A DNA stretch of 64,000 nt from contig QPGO01000050.1 of the NCBI GenBank assembly GCA_008632985.1, positions 124,001 to 188,000 of the forward strand, read 5' to 3'. The notes under the pieces are model-generated. The model saw only the letters and a list, made by a program, of their open reading frames with translations, ran no database searches and was not told where the DNA came from. Shown piece by piece: positions 1 to 11,397 of the stretch (its first letter is position 1; the number at the start of each line of letters is the position of its first letter). Source of the DNA: Psammoneis japonica. Lineage: Eukaryota. Both the position numbers and the translations under genes were made by a program.

Positions 1-2560
1 GTAGATTGCACTGCTGCACACCCCACCCCCAGAAAACCAAGTTTGTTTCCAAAGTGTTGGCCACCAGTGGACTGCAAGTCAGGAACTGCACCCCCAGCCC
101 AACCAAAAACCACACGGTTGCCAAGAGGAGTTTCGTCCAAGGACACCACTTCAACTCTTTGGCTGGCATGTGTCTTGTTGTCACAGGCAAGAGGAGCAGC
201 ATCAATGAAAGTCAGCAAGCAAGGTTGGCTTGGAGAGGGATTTGAAGCTTTTGTGGCACGTGGTGTGTGCCAAATCAGCCAAGATTGAAACAGACATGGC
301 TCACAGTTGACAGCACACCCTTGCTGTGCAGTGCATGACATGGGAGCTGCTGAGGCTGGTTGCACAAGCAAGGGTGACAGCTTTGCTGGTGCTTGTCAGC
401 CCCCCACACAGCCTTTCCCTGTGGCCAAGATGGCAGGGTGCTGCTGGGGCCACCGGGCTGCACTGTGTGCACTGCCTGTCTCCAACACAGTGACCTGTCA
501 TTGCAGCTCTCTCTAAAATGTCAACGAAGCATGTGCACAGACACACAACAGCAATGAGCACTGTGGCAGCAATTGGAGAGCAGCAATGTCAGGCAGTGTG
601 ACAGCACATGGAGCACGCAACAGCTCATTGCTCTGGAGGGCCAGCACTCTCAACACAAGTTGAGCTCTCTTGTTTTGGATGCAGCGCAGCACTTTGCTTG
701 TTGAGGACATCTTCCAAAACCCTTTCAAAAGCATGAGAGAACAAAGTGATGGTTTTGTGCTGGTGCAGGTGCTCACTGGGGTTGCCGAGCTGGAAGGAGC
801 AATGGCACCATGCACAATGAAGAATGAAGGGAGTGTCAGTGGCAGTTGATGCAGCTGTGTGAAGATGCTCATCAACGAACAAAAAAAGCATTGCCCAAAG
901 TTTAGCTTGGGCCTTGATGAATGCTGCCACATGGCACTCACATGTGTCTGAGGTGCAACATCAATGGCCGGTCATTTCTCTCTGTGTGGATCACTTGCAG
1001 CTGACACCATCAATCATGTTGGTGGCTTCTGCTTGCCAGAATGAGCCCAACTTTGCATGGGCATTCACAACATGGTGCACTTCCATGGTGGGCTTCCATG
1101 GCTCTGACTTGACTCACGAAGTTTGGTGTTAGATGCTGGGATGTGACTGGCATCTGTCAGCCACTGGCATCACATGTCACACGCTGACATGCTTTGCAGG
1201 GCATGGCTCAAATGTGGTGCGCTGCTGGAGTTTGCGCAGCACATGCGTGAGTCTGGCTGCATGGGTGGGCTTCTTTTGTTGCATTTTCAAACTTTTTCAC
1301 ATGAACATCTTTTTCTTGGGGTCCAAGTCTGTGTTCATGTGCTCATGAAACTCAGTTTAATGGGTGCCAACACACAACACATCCCTCTGACAATGTCCAA
1401 CCAGCGCTGTTGTCAGAAATGTCTGCAGCACAAAGGATTTCATGTCTGGCATGGTTTCAAGGGCTTCATTGTCTCGTGGGAGTGACGCAAGCAACCTCTC
1501 TTTCTCAGCTGATCCAGCAGCTGATGTGACAGGACTTGGTGCTTTTGACTGGGTTGTTGCTTTTTTCACTTTTGTGTTTCTGTTGCTTCTCAGGGCCGGG
1601 AGCTCTGCAGCTTTCGTGCAACTGAAGTGGGGCAATGTGATTTGCCCCTCACTCCTTTTGACACACAGACATTTGCTCTGCAAGGTGCCACTCTCCTGCA
1701 AGTTTGCTCCTGCAAGATGACACAACACAGCAAAGCCATTGTCAGCAACAGCCTGACTGTTTTGGAGCCAACTTCGCGCCAGCACAGCAGTCTGAAGCAG
1801 CAAGCACAGTCATTGCCACAGCTCTCTGTGTGCTTTCCAGCTGCAAGAAACATTGCACTCAGATGATCACCACATGAGAGTTGAGAGACAAAAACTGCTG
1901 GAACCCTCAGCTGGACAGCTCACAGGCAAGTCTTTGTTGAGATGACACGCTGGCTCAAGAGAGACTCCATCACACTGTGAGGTGTTGGGCGCAACTCCTG
2001 CAGCAATGACGGGGGATCTTAGATTCACAAAAAGTGTGACTTTTTTTGCACTGAAGATTGAAAGGCTTTTTTCTTCAAAAATGTTGGCATCTCTGATTGC
2101 GGCAGCACCATCTGAGAGTGGCTGGTGGCAGAGGGGGGGCGATTGACACACACCACTGCTGCCATCAATTGAAGCAGCCATTTCAGGAGATGGCATCCTG
2201 TCTTTCTTTTTTGTCCTCCCCACTGAGAACTTTCACACCTTTTTGCAGCAGCGACCCCTCTTGTTTCCCACTTGAGTGGCGGGCGCATCAGGAGCAGAAG
2301 AGCCACTGCGCCTTGAAAGAGTCAGTGAAGAGAGCAGCAGCCACAGCCAGAATGAACAAGCACTTGAACCTCACATGCAGTTCAAGGGATGGAGAGTCCT
2401 CGGATGAAGACTTTGTAGCAGCAACCGCAGGGTCTTCTTTGTGGGCGTGTTGGGAGAGGCTGGGCAAGGGTTGGGAATGATCAGAGGAATCGGCGCTGAC
2501 GACGTTTGCAAGGTGATCCTGCCTTGGGTTGTTCGGCACATCTCCTGCGAGGAATGTTGT
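1..2560 (-). mobile_element. Degenerate repeat/transposon relic of unassigned family (TpA/CpG-erased), running off the window start
   Basis: Only 6 TpA in 1-2400 by eye, few CpG, strong TG/CA excess. Broken minus-strand reading frames start near ATG 2539. Composition matches the identified TE block at 16150-26700. No diagnostic domain recognised. Confidence 0.6.
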
Positions 2561-3019
2561 TCTAGAGATTCGATAAAAAATGTATGCTTCTTCATTTCTA
2601 TCAGAAACACAAGATGTCTTTCTAATAATTGGATGTGACTAAATCATGCTGAAATTCATTAATTCTACTATGATGCAAAAATGTCAATATAAATGTTCGT
2701 TGATGTCGCGACGAAAGCATGAGAAATTATGCTTTCGATTCCGTACCAGTGTAAAGAAAAGCGCGTTACTGATGCTGATTGACATCTATGGTAGTTTCTA
2801 TCCATGTAGGATCTAAACAATTATGTACAAAGACAGCTACGAGGGAGGTTGGACTTTTGTCCAGCCGTGTTACGCCTGTTGAGGGGCCGATCATTCATAC
2901 GGTAGGTCATAGGCTACGGCATTGTCTGCTGTTGCTGCTAAAGTAGACTCTGTCCTTCACATGTGTTGCGGTTTTAATCCCTAAAGAGTTCTTGCACGCT
3001 GTGGTAGAGAAGTCTCGAG

Positions 3020-3841
3020 ATGGATTTAGCCATCGAGTTCAACAACATTGGAGTATCATATCTGAAGATTGGAAAGCGAAAAGAAGCATGCGATATGTTC
3101 AAAGGGGGCTTCGAGCTATTGACTTTAGTTTCTAAGGATCATTCGATTCAGTCAGATGTCGAAGTGAGGTCATCTCCACTCCTGATCAAAGACAAACAGC
3201 ATATCCAAAATGCCGAGTCTCTTATGTCACAGAGAGTTTGCGACTATGAGGAAAAGGTTGTAACGCCCCCCAGTCAGCAAGAGGAGGCTGAAGATGAAGA
3301 AGGTCGCATCTCCAAATCAACGTCATTCTTAGGAACGTCACAACATCCATTTGTATTTCTATACTCACTGAAGATGGCAAAATGTGGTTTCATCAGACGT
3401 GATTGCTTTTCACCGCGAGACATGGCCAAGATTGCTGTGGCTGTTGTGTCGTGTAATCTTGCACTGGTGCACCACACCATGTGGCTAGATTCACCCGGAA
3501 ATCGAAAGGTACTTCAAGATCAGGTACTCAGAGCGTATGAAATTTCGAATCAGATGCTGAGTCAAAGTTCCTCAGCAGCACTGTGCCTCTTCCTCAAAAC
3601 GATTCTTCTAAACAACATGGGTCAAATTCATCACGAATTGGGAAACTACGACCTGTCCAGGTCGTATTTCGATCGTTTAGTCAACATTATCCGTGATCAG
3701 TGTGGTTGTGAAGTGAATTCATGGCAGGAAGTCAGCTATTTTCTTGAGGTGCAGACGGAAGATTCTTGGGAGGTGATGAAGCAGGACTTCCTATTGAATG
3801 CTACATTTCTAACAGCGCCACAAGTAGCACCTGCATCTTAA
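3020..3841 (+). CDS. Hypothetical protein, TPR-like family with NNxG ... LNNxGQ ... APA motifs
   Basis: Intact 273 aa ORF with NNIGV, CNLALVHH, LNNMGQIHHELG and terminal APAS. All motifs are shared with the paralog at 61745-62548. Confidence 0.8.
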   Translation: MDLAIEFNNIGVSYLKIGKRKEACDMFKGGFELLTLVSKDHSIQSDVEVRSSPLLIKDKQHIQNAESLMSQRVCDYEEKVVTPPSQQEEAEDEEGRISKSTSFLGTSQHPFVFLYSLKMAKCGFIRRDCFSPRDMAKIAVAVVSCNLALVHHTMWLDSPGNRKVLQDQVLRAYEISNQMLSQSSSAALCLFLKTILLNNMGQIHHELGNYDLSRSYFDRLVNIIRDQCGCEVNSWQEVSYFLEVQTEDSWEVMKQDFLLNATFLTAPQVAPAS

Positions 3842-4421
3842 TATCGAGTTGCGTCTTCGAAGTCATTCAAAACAAGTAGTAGTGTGTGTTCCAATGTGTT
3901 CCATAAGTATGTTTCGCTTACGCTCAATCACTAGGCCTATTGATCCGTTATGGCGCTCTCTAGTAGAGGGCCCTTCGACTATTGTCCCTGCCTGTGGTGC
4001 AGTGCTATCGCTTTGCTACAAGTAGCTAGCTCTCAAGTTTGGAAACAGATTGGGTAACTCTTTCTGTTTTGCTCTATCGAGAGGGAAGTTATAGTTGTTG
4101 CCATTAGTTATGGCCACCTACTTTGTAATGGTTTCAGTTTTCAGTTGGTTCTGCTACTCTTCTCTAGAGTCTAGAGTAGGAAGCTGGTAGAGTTCGTACG
4201 ATCAGTGACGGTAGAGCGCTCATACATGCTGCCCGGAATCAATCCCTTCAAGAGTTCAAGAGCTCGTGTGCTCGTCGAGAAAGCTCGTGTGAAGAATCCA
4301 AGGCCGAAAGATTTTTTTCCAGATTGGGACAAGATTGGAAAGATGTTACCGACAACAAACAACGCAACTAAAAGCAATAATAGCACACCATACTACTGTG
4401 CGATGCTGACTACTAGCACTC

Positions 4422-5483
4422 ATGCAATCGGTGTTTAAGTTATTTGTATTAGCTGGACTGTGGTGGTCTGCACACTCGTTCTTAGTCAATGTGCCTTATG
4501 AGCGCGGCCTCCGTTCTAGTCGCCACGAGCGAGGAAAGGAGGAGAGCCCGCGCCTGTCACTTGCTTCTGAAAATGATGAACTTGACACTTGCGAAGGAGA
4601 AAACATATTCATTGAGTATTGCACTGGGTGTCGCTGGCTCCTACGGTCCGCATGGTTAGCACAGGAGTTGCTTACAACGTTCGAGAATGAAATTGATTCT
4701 GTAACTCTAATTCCAAGTCGGCCACCTGCACCTGGTGGCGTCTTTAGAGTTTCACGGAACGGTGGGCTCGTTTGGGATCGAAAGGGAGAAGGCAGATTCC
4801 CAGAGAGCAAGGAGTTGAAACAACGCGTGAGAGACTTAATTGCGCCTCAACAATTCTTAGGACACAGTGACACTGCGACTAGGCAAGAGGAGGCTGCTCA
4901 AGACTGCGACGACTGCGCTGAGGATGAGAACCAGAACTCTGCAGTTCCATCCAGGGGTGACTCGACCACAATTAGTCTCAATGGCGGCGTCTCTCCGAAT
5001 ATTGCAATTTCTTACTGCACCGGATGCCGATGGTTGTTGCGCGCGGCTTGGATTGCACAAGAGCTCTTAGTTACTTTTGACACAGAACTAAATTCGGTGA
5101 CTTTGATTCCGTGTCGGCCTCCATTACCTGGGGGCACGTTTGTGAGTGGCACCAAGTTCGTTCATTTTATGCATTGCAGTATTTGTGAGATTTCTTGTAT
5201 CGTTTTGTGCGTGTCATTCTGATATCTACGTTGACGTTTGTGGCATCAACAGCTAGTAGTGTTGGACGGAAAGAAACTATTATGGGATAGATCTGCTATG
5301 AAGAAGTTTCCGGAGCTCAAAGAACTCAAACAAAAGATTCGTGACGAGATTGCACCTTCACTTAATCTGGGGCACAGTGATGACGATGAGCACCAGCAGA
5401 AGCAAGAAGAAGGCTTACCGATGATGGAAACCATGGATGATGATGAAGCAGAAGAAATGCGCAAGTATTTTGGAGTTATGTAA
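4422..5483 (+). CDS. Rdx (SelT/SelW/SelH-like) family protein with two tandem CxxC domains and a signal peptide; intron 5142-5252
   Basis: Two copies of YCTGCRWLLRxAWxAQELL...GGxF...WDR...FPExKELKQ...LGHSD. The GTGAGT...CAG intron joins the exons in frame. Confidence 0.88.
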
Positions 5484-5712
5484 CGACATTTTTGGATTGC
5501 ATTCGCATGGATCACACTTTGCAATAACTTTTCTAACTATGGAACGTATCGACCAAGTTAATCTTAATCATTTGGTCCCTTACACAGTAATCGTTTCCAG
5601 AATGCCCGTTTACTACATGCCCAATTTAGCCTTCTCACGACTGAGATGCAATGTAAGTTGTACTCCATTTAGGAAGGCCAGCTACATTATTTTGAAACTT
5701 TCATGCTGCACT

Positions 5713-6711
5713 TTACTCTACTTCGAAGACATCGTCGGTGTCAATCGTTCGCCACGATGAGTGCAGGTGTCGGTTGAACTCTTCCAAGGTTTCTCTCACT
5801 TGAGATGTTTGGTACCAGTCATCGAGGGGTTCCGGAAAAGGCGGTGGCGCTGGAAGGGATACAATTGACATTGAGGGATCCATCAGCAACGCTTTCGATG
5901 AGGATTTCTCGATTTTTCTGCGAAGGGAATGTTCGAGACGACAGCATACATGAGCGCGAAAAGAAAGGCAGACAGTAACGATGGAGAACATTTCTTACCG
6001 GCTCGCATATTCTCGCAGTGCGGATCGGTTATCATATCCAGATTCGAGAAGCACGACACCGGAAACATTGTAGCCTCGGAGTAACAGAGATTCCAATGCG
6101 GAGAGTGTGGCACTTATACCGCCTAATTTTCCGTCGCCAACCAAAACTACAGGAGAATAGGGAGCCAAAGGCTCGTAAAGGTCACCCTGAGTGGACCAAC
6201 CCCATGTGCTGTTCGGATTATCGACATCGTCTGGTTCGCCCCGTGCATGATATGACGCGTTGTTGTCGGGCGACGCAGATGAAGGACTTAACACACCTCC
6301 AGCCGTTTCTATCCAAACAGTTGTTTCAGGAACGTCGCTTGCCTCTGGTACATGGGACAGCGTTTTCAGCAGAGAATCTCTCACCTCGTCATCGCTCTTG
6401 GGTAGATTTTCAACACGAGATGCATAGTGAGGCGACGCGGCCGTGTCCCATGAAAAGAGCGTGTGGGTTTTCACTCTGCTTGTCGGACCGACGTGCTTGC
6501 TCACAAACGCTTCATCACTTCCCCCGCATTGCAAGGGCTTGATATAGTGAACAATCGATTCTGAATGCCCTTCTTGAAGAGAGGCTCGAACTAAGCCAGC
6601 CGATACCAAAGTCTTGCCGACATCTGTGTTAGCGCCAAAAACAACATGTGCTCGAAGATGTGATTTATGCAGCAACGTGGAGGATGCAAGCCGCGACACA
6701 CTGCTGGCCAT
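5713..6711 (-). CDS. Dethiobiotin synthetase (BioD/BIO3-type domain); intron 5918-5998
   Basis: GANTDVGKT P-loop, YIKPLQCG, IETAGGVLSP, VGDGKLGGISAT. The GTAAG...CAG intron restores frame into KIEKSSSK...DDVFEVE*. Confidence 0.85.
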
Positions 6712-7296
6712 AGCGAACAAGAACTACGGCAATTAGATGCAAGGCAAACTGAAATACGGTAAGCAGCAGGTTGTATGAACTGTTGCTCTTTCTTGACTCG
6801 ACTTGACGCGTTGATGATGGTGTTGGATCTTGAGATCTGGGATCTTGCCTGCTGTGCGCGAACCACTGCCGCGCGAGTCGTCATGTATGGCGGTGCGACC
6901 AAAAGAGTGCAACCGGTCTGCGGCAGATCCAGGCCTCCAGCTCACTTGCGTCAACGTCTCATCAGTTTGCAGCAGATTGTCTACTGGATGATTGGTGTTT
7001 TTTTCTTTCATTTTCCTGAATCGTGATGGAAGAAGGAACGAAGTGGAATGCGTGCAGGGCGGGAGCGAAAAACCTCCAGTCTTGCCGAAGGCGAAAACCG
7101 CGACCAGTGAGGGACACGTCACACACTTTTTTGCGCCATGGACCGCCATCACCCGACGCGACCCCGCGCCACCGTTGCAACTTCAAAAGCTCTTGCAACA
7201 AAGACAGTTGGTTGCTCTTTCCGTTATCATCGTCATCCTTCTTTGGTCCAAATTTGATACTGTACTTTTCTCCGCTCTTACGCACATGCGTCCAAC

Positions 7297-8103
7297 ATGA
7301 TCCGAATTAAGCTTCTCTCTCTCTTCTCGTCTTGGTTGATGATTTCAGTGTCGGGCTTTCTCGTTGCTCCCAACCGCCCCCATTTTGTACCCACCTCTCG
7401 ACTTTTTGCTGAATGCCAAGCCACTTTTGGAATGGGGTGCTTTTGGTAAGTAAGTTTTGGTGTTTGCTTGCTCTTCTCCGTCACGTCCGCGCAACTTTTT
7501 ACAAATGACCAACCATCGTCCGGATGTAATAGGGAACCGTCTGAATCCCTACTGGAGGTTGACGGCGTCATCGATACTGTAGCAGGATACACTGGGAACC
7601 CAAAGGCAACAAAGCCGCCGAACTATGAGAGCGTTTGCTACAGTCGCGAGTGGGTGGAAGCTGTTCGCGTAACGTATGATGATGAGGAACTGTCGTACAC
7701 AAAACTGTTGGATGCATTCTTTGAAAACCAGAAACCGCAAGGTTCGAGACAGTATGCTTCAATGATATTTTACAGTAATGATGAGGAAAGGAAGATGGCA
7801 GAGGAGTGGAAAGACCAAGATAAAGCTCGTCCAGACGGATTTCGGTCAAGCTATACGGCACTAGAACCGACATCACCATTCTATCAAGCAGAAGGATACC
7901 ATCAGCGGTTTTGGCAGAAGCAACGACCACGAATCGCGTTTGGCATCCTTTTGATTGCGGTGGCATCTGGAATTTTGAATCCTGTTGTCCCAGAAGAGTT
8001 TCAAGAAGCCGTCAAAACAGCCGGCAACGCAGGGTACATTGTTGGAGTGATCGCTCTCTTACTCGAAAGGAAAATCGACACCAAAGTTGTCGAACTACCG
8101 TAG
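7297..8103 (+). CDS. msrA: Peptide methionine sulfoxide reductase A, probably plastid-targeted; intron 7446-7532
   Basis: Exon 1 encodes a signal peptide then FGMGCFW (GCFW catalytic motif, split by the intron). Exon 2 has AGYTG, YESVC, EAVRVTYD, FYQAEGYHQ. Confidence 0.9.
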
Positions 8104-8139
8104 GCGTGATTTTCATTTGCAATAAATAACAGTATACAC

Positions 8140-9388
8140 CTACTCGCCCTTGTAGTTGGGTTGGCGACCTTCTCGGAATGCACGGAGCCCTTCTAAACGA
8201 TCTTGCGTGGGTATCACCTTCTGGTAGCATCGTCGTTCGATGTTTAAAGCATCTTCCATGCAGAGTGCTTCCATTCCTGTGTCAATCGCCTCCTTTGAGG
8301 CGCGAATACCCAATGGTCCGTTTTTGGTAATTTGCAAAGCAATTCTACAGAGGTACAATGGCGGCACGTGTAGATTGTGAACGACAGTGAGTCAGTCTAC
8401 AGTAAACAAGGTGGCAACCCGCGGCAACAAACGCCCATGGCTTCTCAACAGTACGTACTCGATTGCCTTTTTGTCCGCGTCGTCTTCTTCCACATGCTGG
8501 ACGATTCCGTAATCCAACGCAGTTGCAGCATTGATTCGCCGCCCGGTAAAGATGAGTTCCTTAGCTCGAGCAATGCCGATTAATCTTGGAAGTCGCTGCG
8601 TGCCTCCAGCTCCAGGAATAATTGCCAAGGATGTTTCAGGCAGTCCAAAAGTTGCGTTCACTCCAGCAACACGAATGTCAGTCGCCAAGGCGATTTCCAG
8701 CCCTCCGCCTACGGCAACACCCTAACGAAAGCGTGAGGGATCGATTGCGCAGTCTCCAGAGACAAAAGGTGAATAGCTGAAAGCAGTAACAGTGAAACCC
8801 TTACCTCTATCGACGCTATTGTGGGTATTGGTAGCGTGGCTAGTTGATTCATCGTCGTCCGAAGATTTGCTACAAAATCAATTGCTTCTTCCTGGGACAT
8901 TTTGGATCGTTCCTTCAAATCAGCACCTGCGTATCAAGAGTAACCAAAGATGAGGAAAGTTGTCAAAGCACCAAACAAACAGTTCATTGGTGTCTGGAAG
9001 GTGCTTCGAAGAGCCCAACAATGACCAACTCACCTGCTGAGAAAACCTTTTGGGAGGCAGACGTTAACACGACACAGCGTGTGGTCGAGTCGTCCTTCGC
9101 TAAAGCTCTCAAACTTTCTTGAAGTTGTTGAAGCATGATTGAACCCATTGCGTTTGCTCTTTTGGGCCGATTCAAGGTCAAAATTGATATGGTAGGATCC
9201 CTTTCGTGCTGATTTAGCAGAATTTGATGTTGGTCATTTTCGTCCGTCTTTCCGGCAGAAAACCATCGCAGTGATCGAGCAGAATTACACAGAGTTGGGG
9301 GACGAGCAACTACGTCGATGCGGAGGCTCGACTGCAACGCTTTCCCAGCTTTCGATGCGAGACAACTTCTAGTTATACTAAGAGCCAT
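8140..9388 (-). CDS. Enoyl-CoA hydratase/crotonase family, methylglutaconyl-CoA hydratase-like, mitochondrial; multi-exon
   Basis: [80 protein letters not shown] across exons. Confidence 0.88.
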
Positions 9389-10096
9389 TGCGTTCAGGAC
9401 TATGGTATACTTACGGTGCTTTTATGAGTCCTGGGTCCTGGGACAACGATCTATTTGCCGTAACCACTTTCAAGCTTGTGTCATCATTGTCAAGTTCCCT
9501 GTCACGTTTTGTCCGTCGTCCGTCGCTTAGTCTCGCTCGGGTTGTCCTTCGACCGCTGACCGCAGACATTCCTCATGTGTATTTCCGTTTTTAGCGGGGA
9601 ACCATTGCGTCGTCAAATCCGTCAAACTGACTAATATGCAATTGTATTTGCATCGAACATGATGACGGATGATGATGATGTGTGTTCCCAGCCACAAAAT
9701 TTCGGTGCACTTTCACATTGAAGTGAAATCCAAATCCAAATCTTGGCATTACGTATATAAGACCTACGCACAAAACATACCGGTGTTGGAGGGAGTTCAA
9801 AAACAATTAGTTTACTTATGGATCCAGCTGTTTTGTTCAACTTTGGAAATTGCCACACGTCATCGGAATCTGTCAAGAAGCACTAAATATACAATATTGC
9901 CCCTCACCGTTCACGTCACCTTCGGCGAGTGAGTCAGTCAGTCAGTGCACTCGCCGATAAGAATTTTGTCGGCAATCTCAATCTGCGAAATCAGAATCGA
10001 TTTGACGCTTCTGTTTGTGATGCACGAAAACAACCATTTAGCTACTCAGTCTGCGCCTCTTCGTTTAGACTACTTGTCATTTTCTCAAATATCAGC

Positions 10097-11266
10097 ATGC
10101 CTTCCATCCTAGCGTTTTCGGAGAAGGAATGTCGAAGGCAACAGCCCAGCGGCTTTCGCAGATGCACGGAGGGTACGCTTCTCGATGATTCTGCTTTGGA
10201 ATCGAATTGTGCCTGTGACTGTTCCATAACACGCGACATCAAATGCGGGAGAAGGGCGCCATCATCACATATATTGCTGGACTCTTCGGAAGAGTCACGA
10301 CTGTTACTCGCTGTTATGCTGCAAAAGGAAGAAACTGTCTACAGCTGCCCAGACTATCTTTCGCCTAAGTGGCTGGCAGAGCAATCTCAATCTGGCAACT
10401 CGGCGTCGCCAGAACCAACTAAAAACAAGAATAATCGTGTCCCTGCTGTTGACGACTGTACTAATCTCGTGGCGAAACTGGGGTTGAACGCCAGCGGAGT
10501 GATTGCACATGACAAAGCACTTTCAAGGGATCTCAGCAAATCTCACTCTCCCTCAACCATTACCACTTCTTCTGACAACCTTATCGATCTACACGGCCGA
10601 AGCAAGCCTGTAGTCACCCCCAATCTTGAATATGGCAAAAGTTTCTTGGGACCGTGGAGAACTCAAATGGTTGCATGGGCCTTTTCTGTTGCGGACACTT
10701 TTGCTTTGGATAGGGAGCTTGTCCCGTTCGCGTTTCGCTTGCTGGATCGGTATCTGGCAAAGGAAATACAATCATCGGTAGAGGAACCCATCACAAGAGA
10801 AGAATTTCAACTTTTTGCCATGACAGCGCTTTACATTACAGCAAAAACATTGGAACCTACGAGGAAACTGTCGATTGAATCCATCATGGACATGTCACGC
10901 GGTTTCTATTCGGAAGAAGACATTCTCGCCAGCGAAATCCACATGCTTCACAAGTTGGAATGGCACTTGAATCCACCAACTGAGATTGACTTTGTGCGAC
11001 TCTTGATAAACACTACCGGGTTCCATTCAAGTCCACAGTTCATGGACAAGTGTCGCCGAATCACTGAACTTGCTTTACAGGATTCTTCCCTCCTTGCCAG
11101 AAGAGCATCGTGTCTAGCAGCAGCTGCGGTGTTGTATTGCGCTGAACAAGATTGTTCGTACTCCGAAAGTTCCATAAACCAGTTTCTGATGCGAGTAAAT
11201 GATCTTGGAGTCGGTGTGGCCGACACCATGACTGTGTACCGTCGTCTGGAAATCCTCGCTCAATGA
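10097..11266 (+). CDS. Cyclin (diatom-type expanded cyclin)
   Basis: Cyclin box WRTQMVAWAFSVAD...LLDRYL...FQLFAMTALYITAK...E..ML..LEWHLNPPT. Start taken at MPSIL. Confidence 0.85.
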   Translation: MPSILAFSEKECRRQQPSGFRRCTEGTLLDDSALESNCACDCSITRDIKCGRRAPSSHILLDSSEESRLLLAVMLQKEETVYSCPDYLSPKWLAEQSQSGNSASPEPTKNKNNRVPAVDDCTNLVAKLGLNASGVIAHDKALSRDLSKSHSPSTITTSSDNLIDLHGRSKPVVTPNLEYGKSFLGPWRTQMVAWAFSVADTFALDRELVPFAFRLLDRYLAKEIQSSVEEPITREEFQLFAMTALYITAKTLEPTRKLSIESIMDMSRGFYSEEDILASEIHMLHKLEWHLNPPTEIDFVRLLINTTGFHSSPQFMDKCRRITELALQDSSLLARRASCLAAAAVLYCAEQDCSYSESSINQFLMRVNDLGVGVADTMTVYRRLEILAQ

Positions 11267-11397
11267 GAAACTCTTGGCTAGTCTCTCTAGATATAACACT
11301 ACTCGCTAATAATGGTGGTGCTAATAATAATGTTGCCTTACACATTCTAATCACCCGTGCCTTCTTTTTGTTGATTCTCGTACATCCACGGTTCCTT

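Noticed and set aside
4422..5483. Selenoprotein
   Set aside because: Both redox motifs are CTGC with Cys codons; there is no in-frame TGA.
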